Assembly (NCBI GenBank): GCA_028717385.1
Contig: JAQUNW010000001.1
Coordinates: 13,062-77,061, forward strand
DNA from: Dehalococcoidales bacterium
GTDB taxonomy: Bacteria; Chloroflexota; Dehalococcoidia; Dehalococcoidales; CSSed11-197
Length of the DNA: 64,000 nucleotides
Direction: 5' to 3'
The notes beneath the pieces are model-generated. The model ran no database searches, was not told where the DNA came from, and was given only the letters and a program-made list of their open reading frames with translations. The number at the start of each line of letters is the position of its first letter. Position 1 is the stretch's first letter. This document shows positions 37,732-47,264 of the stretch, in pieces. The translations under genes and the position numbers were made by a program.

Positions 37732-37896
37732 ATGGTTGTATGTTTCCTCGGTATAGTTGCAGTGGCTGCCATTATTGGATCTATTATTTTAGTGAGCATA
37801 AAAACGGACGTGCCGGATGCATTAATCGCATTGGGTTCTGCTGCAGTAGGTGCCTTAGCTGGCCTGTTATCTCCGTCTGCAAAAGGCTCTGAATAA
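37732..37896 (+). CDS. Possible small two-TM membrane protein (54 aa, below the ORF-track cutoff)
   Basis: Own translation gives MVVCFLGIVAVAAIIGSIILVSIKTDVPDALIALGSAAVGALAGLLSPSAKGSE. It looks more protein-like than the antisense 72-aa track ORF. Confidence 0.3.
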   Translation: MVVCFLGIVAVAAIIGSIILVSIKTDVPDALIALGSAAVGALAGLLSPSAKGSE

Positions 37897-38017
37897 ACCA
37901 CTTGGTTTACGATATCAGATACATTAAACTCTGGGATGCACAAATACAGTGGGGCTTTAGTTGCCCCGCTGTATCATTCGAGTTTGAGTAACCATAAACG
38001 AAGTGTTTCTTAGATGA

Positions 38018-39499
38018 TTATTCTCCGGTCATATCTACTATTTCTACCCATTCCGGCAAATCGAAAAGCACAGTATCCGGGGTGACCACCGGGTTGAGGC
38101 TTATCCCAATCCATTCAAAAATAGTAACAACATCTCCGGCGTATGATTCCATTCGCCAAACAAGCCCGGTTTCAAGTTCTATCCATACATAGGTGCTCGA
38201 GCCATCCGTATAACTGAATTTGAAAACAGTGCAGGCACGCTCATGAGTTATATCATGAATTACATCATGCCCATCAATAGTAACACCTGTGCAAGAGCCA
38301 TCATCAGCGCACAATTCGCCAAGTTCAATGAGGGCATCCTGCTCTGAAAATGAATGCAGATAAAATTTGGTTAAAAGTGAAGTTATTGCCGTGAAGTCAG
38401 CACTTTCATCATTTGCTCTTACTTTGGGAACGATTGTTTCCATGGGCACAAGCAAGTATGCAAAACCGGAATCATAAATAATGGTAAGTTCCTCAAAGCC
38501 ATCAGGGCTTTCGATATCAAGATCAATGCGGGCTTTTTCACCCGCTTTCCAATAGGTAAATACTATCAATTCCTCGCCTTCGGTAATGTTTATGACGTAA
38601 TATAAATTAGGCCCTAGCTCATCACGTACTTTAATCACCTCAAAAGGCAGGGAAGCTGCTACCTGACCGTCTATAGATAAAACCAGCTTGTATTCACCGG
38701 CTGGAAAGCCGACATCCGGCTTACTTAGCAAAAAGGACAAATACTGCGGGCCGTCGACAGTAATTTCGGCGCTATCGATTTCGTAATTGGTTACACCATC
38801 AAGTTCGCCTTCAATATAAATCCATGAAGAATTTATGCTTGTACCGGCGGGAGCGTCAACCAGTTTTACGGAGCAGAAGATAGCCTCCGCATTATATTCG
38901 AATACGGTATTCGGTCCAATCGGCTTGTTGTCATCCGTAACCGCATTTGCCATAGTAGCTTCTGTGAGCCTGGCAGGATTGCTGATTGCTGTAGTTATAG
39001 TTGGCGCATGTGAAGTTACAGGAGTGGTGGCTGGTTTTGTTTGGCTTGTAGATTCCAGAGAAACTACCTTAAATTTCAAGGTTTCAGGTTCTTTTTCATC
39101 TATTGTAAGAACCAGTTTATAATTGCCAATCGGGAAACCTGTATTGGGTCTGGTTAAAGAAAACATCAGGTAGCGTGTTCCGTCGGTAGTGATACTGTAA
39201 CGGTCGATTTCGTAATTGGTTAAGTGTTGTTCCTGGCCGTTTTCATATATCCAGATGCCTGTTACAGTGGTATCGGCTGGAGCGTTGGACAACTTGACCG
39301 AACAAAATATCTCAGCGGTGTTCGCATAAAATGTAGTGGTTGGATCTTGTGGTTTGAAATCACCGGTTACTCCGGTGGCCATGGTGGCTTCACTCAGCTT
39401 GGCTGTAGTGAAGGAAACTTCTTTGCCGCACCCGATCGTAAGAACCATTACAAAAGAAAGGCAGAACAAGAGCAGAAAACGAAGATTGGAATGTCGCAT
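38018..39499 (-). CDS. Lipoprotein with two tandem copies of a domain of about 115 aa
   Basis: The start is taken at MRHSNLRF... (ATG at 39499, with an AGGAG RBS). Lipobox LTIGC. Repeats: AKLSEATMATGV...IFCSVKLSNAPADT...NYEIDRYSITTDG...GNYKLVLTID and ARLTEATMANAV...IFCSVKLVDAPAGT...NYEIDSAEITVDG...GEYKLVLSID. Confidence 0.7.
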   Translation of the reverse strand: MRHSNLRFLLLFCLSFVMVLTIGCGKEVSFTTAKLSEATMATGVTGDFKPQDPTTTFYANTAEIFCSVKLSNAPADTTVTGIWIYENGQEQHLTNYEIDRYSITTDGTRYLMFSLTRPNTGFPIGNYKLVLTIDEKEPETLKFKVVSLESTSQTKPATTPVTSHAPTITTAISNPARLTEATMANAVTDDNKPIGPNTVFEYNAEAIFCSVKLVDAPAGTSINSSWIYIEGELDGVTNYEIDSAEITVDGPQYLSFLLSKPDVGFPAGEYKLVLSIDGQVAASLPFEVIKVRDELGPNLYYVINITEGEELIVFTYWKAGEKARIDLDIESPDGFEELTIIYDSGFAYLLVPMETIVPKVRANDESADFTAITSLLTKFYLHSFSEQDALIELGELCADDGSCTGVTIDGHDVIHDITHERACTVFKFSYTDGSSTYVWIELETGLVWRMESYAGDVVTIFEWIGISLNPVVTPDTVLFDLPEWVEIVDMTGE

Positions 39500-39674
39500 C
39501 ACGGTTCTCCTTGTATTAAAATATGTATCTTCACTTAACGGCCAAGAAAATATTGATGAATTGTAAACCATGAAATCAATAATGTCTATATTATTTTCTA
39601 TTGATATTATCCCAATGCAATAATTTTATTTGCTTATTTGTCAACAATAAATAAAAGGCATAATATGAAGTCAT

Positions 39675-40247
39675 ATGGATGCTGAGATAATAGCTGCAAT
39701 AGCCTTAGGGATTGGATTAGCTGCCAGTGCTGGGTTCAGGGTATTTATACCAATGCTGGTGGCTAGTATTGCTGCTCATTTTGGGCTTTTTCCGGCTCAG
39801 GAAAGCTTTATGTGGTTGGGAAGCTGGCCAGCTATGATCTGTTTTGGAACTGCAACAGTTATTGAAATAGCGGCCTACTATATACCGTTTGTAGATAATC
39901 TCCTGGATAATATTACCATACCGATGTCTGTAGGGGCAGGTACATTGTTGCTGACTTCGGTGCTTCCTATTGATGATAACATGCTGAAATGGCTGACTGG
40001 CTTTATTGTGGGTGGCGGTGCGGCTGCTACAATACAAAGTGGTACCGTCCTGGCGAGGCTTTCCTCTACTTCCACGACAGGTGGTTTGGCTAACTCGGTA
40101 ATCGCAACGGGTGAAAATGCAGCTGCCATTGGCGCTTCGCTACTTTCTCTAGTTATTCCACTTATAATGGTTTCAACGCTTTTATTATTTGTCATTACAA
40201 TACTGGTAGTATTCCGCAAACGTATCTTCAGGAAAAAAAGAATCTAA
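39675..40247 (+). CDS. DUF4126-like integral membrane protein
   Basis: 190 aa. GIGLAASAGFRVFIPMLVASIAAHFG opening and a multi-TM body. The family assignment is from memory. Confidence 0.55.
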   Translation: MDAEIIAAIALGIGLAASAGFRVFIPMLVASIAAHFGLFPAQESFMWLGSWPAMICFGTATVIEIAAYYIPFVDNLLDNITIPMSVGAGTLLLTSVLPIDDNMLKWLTGFIVGGGAAATIQSGTVLARLSSTSTTGGLANSVIATGENAAAIGASLLSLVIPLIMVSTLLLFVITILVVFRKRIFRKKRI

Positions 40248-40420
40248 TCAAACTAGCTGGTTAGGCTATTTTACAAGAACCTTTTATACGATTTACTAAT
40301 GAAAAAACGCATTCTTTTTATTCCACTGTTACTACAGAATTTTTAAACAAGAGTGTTTCAATTGATTAATTAATGGCATATACTTATTGTAACGTTGCTA
40401 TTAAGGTGAGGAGGCACTTA

Positions 40421-40786
40421 GTGGAACTAATAGAACAGTTAACTAAACAATTGGGAGTTAGCGAGGCGCAAGCACAAGGTGGGGCAGGATTACTCTTCAA
40501 ACAGGCCAAAAGCAAACTCAGCGGTGAAGAGTTTACAAAAGTATCCAACGCTGTACCAGGAATTGAAAACTTGATTAGTGCTGCCCCGGCGAGCGGAGGG
40601 GGAATGTTGGGTAGTGTAAGCAAGATGATGGGTGGGGGTAGCAGCTTAGCCGGCCTGGCCGGCGGTTTTACAAAGCTCGGCTTAGGTGGTGGCATGATCG
40701 GCAAATTTATACCAATAATTCTTTCCTTTGTTCAGAGTAAAGGTGGCGAGGGAGTCAAGGGTATTTTGGAAAAAGTATTAAAATAG
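40421..40786 (+). CDS. DUF2780-like protein
   Basis: (V)ELIEQLTKQLGVSEAQAQGGAGLLFKQAKSKLSGEEF... with a Gly-rich centre. The start is taken at the GTG at 40421, after the RBS AAGGTGAGGAGG. Confidence 0.55.
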   Translation: MELIEQLTKQLGVSEAQAQGGAGLLFKQAKSKLSGEEFTKVSNAVPGIENLISAAPASGGGMLGSVSKMMGGGSSLAGLAGGFTKLGLGGGMIGKFIPIILSFVQSKGGEGVKGILEKVLK

Positions 40787-40917
40787 TAGTTTACATAAAG
40801 CATTCGCTATTTTTATAGAAATACCGCAGTTAATTAAGCCATCTATAAGATGATAGCGCCTATGCAGGCGCATTTTTGAATAAAAACGAGCTGATAATAA
40901 GCTCTGGGGGAGGGTGT

Positions 40918-41136
40918 ATGCTTATCAGTGAAGCAATAAGGAAAGAAGTGTTCGATAAGAACGCCAATAAAGTAGAGAAGGTTGCTGATGCTAACACTGA
41001 TGTTTCGAATTGGACAATTAACCAGTTTATTGTGAAGAGCGGCGTAATTAAAAAAGTTGTTATCGAAATTGATGAAATAGAAAAAATTGGTGATAAAGTT
41101 TTTTTGAAGATTACCAAGGACGAAATTGAGAAATGA
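40918..41136 (+). CDS. Small PRC-barrel-like protein
   Basis: 72 aa starting at the ATG at 40918, after a GGGGGAGGGTG stretch. The pattern ISEAIRKEVFDKNANKVEKVADANTDVSNWTINQFIV resembles a PRC barrel. A hairpin ATAGCCAAC-CCGCAA-GTTGGCTAT follows. Confidence 0.45.
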   Translation: MLISEAIRKEVFDKNANKVEKVADANTDVSNWTINQFIVKSGVIKKVVIEIDEIEKIGDKVFLKITKDEIEK

Positions 41137-41256
41137 ATAATAGCCAACCCGCAAGTTGGCTATATGGTGCATGGTAAACACTTTGCCGCTTAACGCTAAT
41201 ACAAATTATTTTGCGGTAGGTGTAAAAAATTTGAATAAGCAGGTTTTTGTCGTAAC

Positions 41257-42081
41257 ATGAAGGAAATCAACATAAATACTACAGTCAAGCTTAATAATGG
41301 TGTCGAGATGCCTATTTTCGGCCTCGGAACCTGGCAAATCACTGGCAAAGAAGCTGAATTGACCGTCCGCTGTGCTCTAGATGCAGGTTACAGGCACATT
41401 GACACCGCTGCCGCATATCACAACGAAGAGGAAGTTGGAAAGGCCATACGTGAAAGTGGACGTAAACGAGAAGATATTTTCATAACCACAAAATTATGGA
41501 AAGACGACCTTGGCTATAAACCTGCACTCGAAGCCTGTAATAAAAGCCTTGCAAAATTGGGGCTGTCGTATGTTGATCTTTATCTTATCCACTGGCCTGG
41601 TGGCCGGCGATTAGAAACATGGAAAGCCATGGAAGAGTTGCTCAAAACCGGCAAGTGCCGCTCAGTTGGCGTCAGCAACTTTACCATCAGACACCTGAAA
41701 CAACTTATGGAAGACTCTTCAGTTATCCCCGCTATTAACCAGGTAGAATTCAGCCCGTATCTGTATCAACAAGACCTTTTTGATTTTTGCAAGGCAAGCG
41801 GAATTCAACTGGAATCATATAGTCCTCTAACCAGGGGAAACAAGCTTAATGATGCACATTTGGTTTCAATCGCAAATAAATATGGTAAAAGCACAGCCCA
41901 GATATTAATTAGATGGGTGTTGCAATTGGGGATCGTCGTTATTCCAAAAGCGGCTAAACAGGAACACATAAGACAGAATGCTGATGTTTTTGATTTTGCC
42001 CTGTCCCAGGAGGACATGATAACTCTCAGTAACTTCAATGAAAATTTGCGAAACTGTTGGGACCCTTCTTCTATCGACTAA
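41257..42081 (+). CDS. Aldo/keto reductase
   Basis: 274 aa. GLGTW, GYRHIDTAAAY, LYLIHWP and IPKAA...NADVFDF motifs. Confidence 0.9.
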   Translation: MKEININTTVKLNNGVEMPIFGLGTWQITGKEAELTVRCALDAGYRHIDTAAAYHNEEEVGKAIRESGRKREDIFITTKLWKDDLGYKPALEACNKSLAKLGLSYVDLYLIHWPGGRRLETWKAMEELLKTGKCRSVGVSNFTIRHLKQLMEDSSVIPAINQVEFSPYLYQQDLFDFCKASGIQLESYSPLTRGNKLNDAHLVSIANKYGKSTAQILIRWVLQLGIVVIPKAAKQEHIRQNADVFDFALSQEDMITLSNFNENLRNCWDPSSID

Positions 42082-42122
42082 GAAAAATATAATGCAGGAA
42101 ATAATTGATGGAGCGAGCATAG

Positions 42123-42611
42123 ATGAACAACTTTGAACCCTTTACAGCTCTTGAATTCAGCGCTGCTGACAGCGAAGGCCGCTTGGTAAAACTCTCTGAC
42201 TTTAAGGGCATTAAAAACGTTTTACTGGTTTTTAACCGCGGCTTTCAGTGACCATACTGCCGAAGGCATATGGCGCATTTGCGCCAAGATTACCGGGAGT
42301 TTGTGGATCGGGATACCGAGATTATAGCTATAGGCCCGGAAGATAAGAAAAGCTTTGCCCAATGGTGGAAAGAAAACGATATGCCCTTTATAGGCATTGG
42401 CGACCCCCAGCACCTGATAGCTGATCTCTATGGCCAACAAACAAAGCTGATGAAACTTGGGCGCATGCCGGCTATGCTAATTGTAGATAAAAGTGGTAAC
42501 ATCCGCTTCAAACACCTAGGTCAGTCTATGAGTGATATACCAGAAAACCAACGTGTTCTAGCAATAATAGACGCCCTTAATGTTGAGCACCAGGCAAAGA
42601 AGTCCGATTGA
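42123..42611 (+). CDS. Redoxin/peroxiredoxin-like (AhpC/TSA) protein with in-frame TGA at the first Cys of the CxxC motif: selenoprotein candidate or pseudogene
   Basis: Own translation from the ATG at 42123 gives MNNFEPFTALEFSAADSEGRLVKLSDFKGIKNVLLVFNRGFQ-TGA-PYCRRHMAHLRQDYREF... It is in frame with track ORF 42270-42611. The TGA is at 42249-42251. Confidence 0.55.
42252..42285 (+). other. Hairpins immediately downstream of the in-frame UGA (SECIS candidates)
   Basis: CCATA(C)TGCC-GAA-GGCATATGG at 42252-42273 and GGCGC-ATTT-GCGCC at 42272-42285. Confidence 0.3.
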
Positions 42612-43098
42612 TTAATAATTCTCGCTACAAAAGTGCAGAATGTATTTAACGTGCAATAACTGGTAGTTGTGCTTGCGTAAATTTGGCAGGCTTGTTATGA
42701 ATAAATCATTGAATGGTTATATTAAAGGTTTTCTCGTTGAGAATTGCTGAATCCAAGTGAGTGCGTTTATATTTAAACTCAATCTGTGTAAAGCCCTTGA
42801 TAAGCGATTTAAAAACGAAATATTGATTACTTCTATCATCGAGAAGATCTATTCCAAACCAAACACAATTGTTAGCTACTAGTTCAACCATATTTTCGTC
42901 GTAGTTAACAAACCAGTCTAACCCTAATCTGGGGTTTCTCGGCAGCGCTATAGTGACCTTCCCCCCAAAACGCCCATAGATACGCGATTGAACGTATGCC
43001 TCAGGATATAAGACAAAAAGCGGTGGCTAAGCCTTAGAAATATTTAAAAAAGCAGCTATTAATGAACCGTTTAAAAATTAAAACTATCCTTAACACGG

Positions 43099-43362
43099 TC
43101 AAGAAAACAGATGTTCAATACCATAAATGATTCCATGTTTGGAAGTAGACCACATTTCGTATTGCGGATGATCGAATCCCTGATGGCAGGGCAAACAAGC
43201 CTCAGGTTGACGAGCTTCATTTATTGAAAAGCTATGGCGTGTATGGCAGGTTACACAGGCGCTTTCATCCGCTGCTTTTACTTGATTGGAAGAAAGCAAG
43301 GCTAATGAGGCAGACAGAATTATTAAGCAAGCAGATAATGTGAACACTTTTTTTATATTCAT
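43099..43362 (-). CDS. Small secreted dihaem c-type cytochrome (possibly the N-terminal remnant of a multihaem cytochrome)
   Basis: 87 aa. Signal peptide, two CxxCH motifs (CVTCH, CLPCH) and HPQYEMWSTSKHG, which is reminiscent of NrfA/HAO-type multihaem proteins. Confidence 0.6.
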   Translation of the reverse strand: MNIKKVFTLSACLIILSASLALLSSNQVKAADESACVTCHTRHSFSINEARQPEACLPCHQGFDHPQYEMWSTSKHGIIYGIEHLFS

Positions 43363-43848
43363 TATGCCAGTATCTCCTTAATAGCACTATTAATCCTGAT
43401 TCTTACCGATGATTTACTTAAAATCGAAGCTTCAATGATATCAATCCCGCATCATCCTGAAGTAAATAAGAATTCAATAATTAGAAAATATTAACGCTAA
43501 AAATATCTGGGTATATGATAGACTTATATAAAGGGGACGCTGACACTTTAATTTGGAGTACAGGAATATATAGCCGATTAATAATACAATAACCATAGAC
43601 AGGTTGTTGAAGGGGCGCAAAATGAGCAATGTATATTGCAAGGTGGAATGTGGGCTTTGTAAAGAGGTGTTTATCCTGTCTTCCATGACTCAGCCGTTAC
43701 CGCAACACAAGCATCTAGGTGTTGAATGCCCAGGTTCCAGCAAACCCGGGAAATTCCTTTCAATTCACCAGAAGAAGCAACCATATTCCAGGTGTTAAAG
43801 TCTCAATTCAATAGGTTGCCATATTTAAATACTATCTAAGGATCTTTC

Positions 43849-44586
43849 ATGTGGATTTTTGTAGTAATCGGTTTAATTCTTATTGGAATTGGGCTGTCGG
43901 TTCATGTATTCAAATGGTATTTTCTTATTGCTGGTTATAACACCATGCCAGAAGAAAAACGTAAAAAGGTCAACACCGAAGGGTTGGGTCGCCTACTGGG
44001 AATTTATTGCTATGTTAATGGTGGCATGTTCATTCTGGCGGGCGTGTTACAAACTTTGGGAATTAAACAAGTGCTGGTTCCAACTATAATATTTTTTTGC
44101 ATTGCAACAATATTTATTTTAGTTAAAGCCCAGAAGTTCGATGGGAATATCTATAATACAGATGGAAAACTGTTAAAGGGAGCATGGAAGCAGCTGGTTA
44201 TACCACTTGGTATTGTCTTTGTTGCAGTAATCTTTGTTTGCGTTCTTATGTTCTACTCTACCCAATCAACAAAGGTAACAATTCTTGACGAAGGGATACA
44301 AATTCATGGCATGTACGGTGAAGTATACAATTGGACTTCAATTAACACAGTAAAGTTAATTGAAGAAATTCCCACTATTGAAAAACGCACCAATGGTTCT
44401 GCTGTCGGCTCAAACCTGAAAGGTTATTTTAAAACAAAAGAATTTGGTATAGTAAAATTATTTGTTAATGTTAATACAGCCCCTTTTGTTTATATTGAAA
44501 CCACCAATGGGATTTCAATCTTTAATTTGAAAGACGCCCGCCAAACGCAAAACGTGTACAGTGAGATTGTAGAACGATTATCCTAA
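43849..44586 (+). CDS. Membrane protein, DUF3784-like N-terminus plus bacterial PH-like C-terminus
   Basis: 245 aa. Four TM helices with FLIAGYNTMPEEKRKKV, then a soluble beta-rich C-terminal domain. Confidence 0.5.
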   Translation: MWIFVVIGLILIGIGLSVHVFKWYFLIAGYNTMPEEKRKKVNTEGLGRLLGIYCYVNGGMFILAGVLQTLGIKQVLVPTIIFFCIATIFILVKAQKFDGNIYNTDGKLLKGAWKQLVIPLGIVFVAVIFVCVLMFYSTQSTKVTILDEGIQIHGMYGEVYNWTSINTVKLIEEIPTIEKRTNGSAVGSNLKGYFKTKEFGIVKLFVNVNTAPFVYIETTNGISIFNLKDARQTQNVYSEIVERLS

Positions 44587-44811
44587 ACGATTCCTTGTAA
44601 AAATTGTGCTTTCCGGTATTTTTTAATAATTCGCTGGATCAATAATCGTTAAGCGCTAATTGAATCAGGTAAATTGTTTACCAGTGTATATCAAGACCAA
44701 TGGTAAACAGGCAGGGTCGGCTTTTAGGTTGAAAATTCTATATTTTCAGTGATATATATCCTTTGATGCAAATTATCGCTCAACCTTTGCCATAAACATA
44801 ACAAATCGACT

Positions 44812-45169
44812 TTGCAAATAATCGTGCCTGGCAAAAAAAGAAGGGAGGTTATTGTGGCATCGATATACTTCGTTGGGTCTTATCCGCCTATTATGTGCGG
44901 TATTGCTGATTATGCAAAATACATTACTGATGAACTCACAGGTAATCAATGGGGAGTATTATCATTTGATTTACATAAAGTAGTAACGCCTTTGATAACC
45001 GATCAGTCTTTAACAGATCATGTCTGGTATGGAATTCCTGGCGGACACCAAATCAACCCCACGATAATGCATTGAAATACGCAGAGGCTTATTCGTGGGA
45101 AAAGCAAGCCCAAATACATAAAAACATAGCGTGTCACGTATTATCTTCCGAAAGGGCTTATTTGCCTTA
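44812..45169 (+). pseudogene. Glycosyltransferase (GT4-like) remnant with internal deletion
   Basis: The N-terminal piece VASIYFVGSYPPIMCGIADYAKYI stops at 45075. A second frame then gives AEAYSWEKQAQIHKNI...*, a typical GT C-terminal end. The catalytic body is missing. Confidence 0.5.
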
Positions 45170-45221
45170 GATGCTATGTAAGTAGAAGATGTAAAACATA
45201 GGAGAAAAATAATAGCATTAT

Positions 45222-45932
45222 TTACGGTTGTGAAGGAAAAATCACCTTATCTACATAATATGGCAGTATTGAACACTCTGCACCGCCGGTTTCAGCAGCT
45301 AATTCCAGTAACTCATCCCACGGAGGCATAATTTTCTCGCGATTGTTTAATTGATAATCATACTCTTTTACAAATTCACTAGCGTCCAGCACCCATAAAG
45401 GCTTCCGTTTTTTAAGTTTTACTTTTATAAGATTATGATTTTGATCGTCACGACACATAATAGGTGGCTTTTGTACATACATTGTATCGGTTTGAATACC
45501 AAATCTGGAAGCGTAAGTTGGGCAGGATGGTAGCGCAATCTCTCCGACTGGATATCGATAATGATTAATATGAAAAGAGATGGAATACGGATAAAACCGG
45601 CATGCCAAGGGGCGGGATGGGTGGATACGACAACGGTTCCCAAAAAGAAATATGCAAGAACTTCGGCTGGATACAATGTTTTGGTAAAGCTGGCTTCTGT
45701 CCGCCGCACTAAAGTGATCTCTTGCATATTCCAGCATCATCCACCAGTCTTCAGCTAAAAACGGATTGCCTTTTCGGTTTAGAACAGGGAATATGACTTT
45801 ACTGCAACAATGGCCATCCGGGCATGTCGAGCACAATCGCCAGAAAGGTTCTCTTTTATAAAGTTCCTTTACATGTTCGTCGAACCGCGCATTGATATCG
45901 CACATCCAGATCAGGTTTTCAGTAATTCCCAT
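45222..45932 (-). CDS. YkgJ/UPF0153-type Cys-rich (Zn/Fe-chelating) protein
   Basis: 236 aa. CSTCPDGHCC...GNRCRIHPSRPLACRFYP pattern. Confidence 0.65.
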   Translation of the reverse strand: MGITENLIWMCDINARFDEHVKELYKREPFWRLCSTCPDGHCCSKVIFPVLNRKGNPFLAEDWWMMLEYARDHFSAADRSQLYQNIVSSRSSCIFLFGNRCRIHPSRPLACRFYPYSISFHINHYRYPVGEIALPSCPTYASRFGIQTDTMYVQKPPIMCRDDQNHNLIKVKLKKRKPLWVLDASEFVKEYDYQLNNREKIMPPWDELLELAAETGGAECSILPYYVDKVIFPSQP

Positions 45933-45987
45933 ATATTATAGCTGCAGTTTAATAACTGCTAATGATTTCATCGTATTTTGTTAGACA

Positions 45988-47253
45988 TTATTTACAACAA
46001 TCAGGAGAAGCAGTAATATCTTTAACGGCAGAAGGCTCAGGAAGCATTCTTTTGACTATCGATTGCATGCTACTCGAATCATATCCAGCGCATATTAGTT
46101 CAATAGCCGGCTTTATGGTAATTTCTGGATTTTGATTGCTGGTTTGTGATTCTTCGATCACTTTTGCATCAATCTGTTCTAACTTTTCATACTGGGGTGA
46201 AGATTCATCCATACCGATATCCTGAACAATCTGTTTTTCAATATTCAACCTTGCAGATTCCGGAACAGGTACACGGCTTATCAAAAAACTACCCAATTTT
46301 GGCTTCAACTTTTCATGATGCCCCAAAATTGACATTATCCCATCACTCTCGAACCATCCATCTTTTTCTTCAAAGTCAACGATTATGTCTGGCCGAGCCA
46401 TGTTATAAACGTCTGCAATTAAAGCAAGGTCTTCAAGATTATCCGATACATATAAGGCAAGATCTGCCCATAGATCTACCAGGGCAGTATCTTTCAAATT
46501 TTTTATGTTCAGCCACTCCTGGTTTTCACTTAGCTTTTGTGACTGCCAAAGAACTCGGTAGAAGCCGGGGCGAAACGCAACAAACCGTTTGAGCAATTTT
46601 GACCGAATAATTATTCTGGGAGTCAGAAATGAACAATAGTGTACGTTTTCGAACAGTAGTGTTTTTGTTGCCTCGGCCTCGGGGACAGTGTCTTGTTTGG
46701 GTGGAACACCAGGACCCATCTCTGCCATGGCTGTATCAATTTGGTCATCAATAGCAACAACAGTGTAAACCGCATCTGCCTGTAATTGTTGTATTAACGC
46801 TAACACAGCCCAATATTGATAACCAACGCCAAAATCGTTGTTATAATTCTTGATTACTATTTGCTTTGATTTATCTTCAAACTCATCTGCGTCAATATTT
46901 GATTTCAGTAAATCAAACAACGGTTGGAATAAAAGTTTCGTAAAATACGTCAGCGGATCAGATAGCAGATCTCGGACGGGAGATTGAACAGTGATTGCTT
47001 CCAGATCCATCTTGTTTTTAACGCTGTTACAAACTGATTTCCAACCAAGGCTCAATTCGTTGCTTTTTTCAAGCTCGGTATGTAAATGCTCCTTTATGAA
47101 ACTAGCGCGGGTTCTATCGAACAGTTCATAGAACGCAGGGCGATGCTCACTTCTTATTGTCACTGCATTGGGCGAAATTCTAATTTGGGGATTGTTTTTA
47201 ACGTAAGATTCTAATTCTTGCAAATCTCTGCGCCAGCTGGCCATTTTTAACAC
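45988..47253 (-). CDS. Hypothetical protein (421 aa)
   Basis: Long ORF with coding-like composition. No family recognised. Confidence 0.55.
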   Translation of the reverse strand: MLKMASWRRDLQELESYVKNNPQIRISPNAVTIRSEHRPAFYELFDRTRASFIKEHLHTELEKSNELSLGWKSVCNSVKNKMDLEAITVQSPVRDLLSDPLTYFTKLLFQPLFDLLKSNIDADEFEDKSKQIVIKNYNNDFGVGYQYWAVLALIQQLQADAVYTVVAIDDQIDTAMAEMGPGVPPKQDTVPEAEATKTLLFENVHYCSFLTPRIIIRSKLLKRFVAFRPGFYRVLWQSQKLSENQEWLNIKNLKDTALVDLWADLALYVSDNLEDLALIADVYNMARPDIIVDFEEKDGWFESDGIMSILGHHEKLKPKLGSFLISRVPVPESARLNIEKQIVQDIGMDESSPQYEKLEQIDAKVIEESQTSNQNPEITIKPAIELICAGYDSSSMQSIVKRMLPEPSAVKDITASPDCCK

Positions 47254-47264
47254 TCCCTGAGATA

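Noticed and set aside
42706-43017. Start-less minus-strand frame of about 105 codons (...YPEAYVQSRIYGRFGGKVTIALPRNPRLGLDWFVNYDENMVELVANNCVWFGIDLLDD...) that includes track ORF 42706-42891
   Set aside because: It is probably a gene fragment, but I cannot assign a family and the N-terminal part has no start codon. I noted it only as further evidence of decay.
43604-43798. 64-aa ORF with C-x3-C-x2-C (MSNVYCKVECGLCKEVF...)
   Set aside because: It could be a small zinc-binding protein, but there is no RBS or family support, and half of it lies antisense to another small ORF. Left uncalled.
46360-46400. PD-(D/E)xK-like string ARPDIIVDFEEKDG in the 421-aa hypothetical protein
   Set aside because: The spacing between the Asp and E-x-K is shorter than in the nucleases I remember, and no other supporting motif is present. 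This is too weak to call a nuclease.
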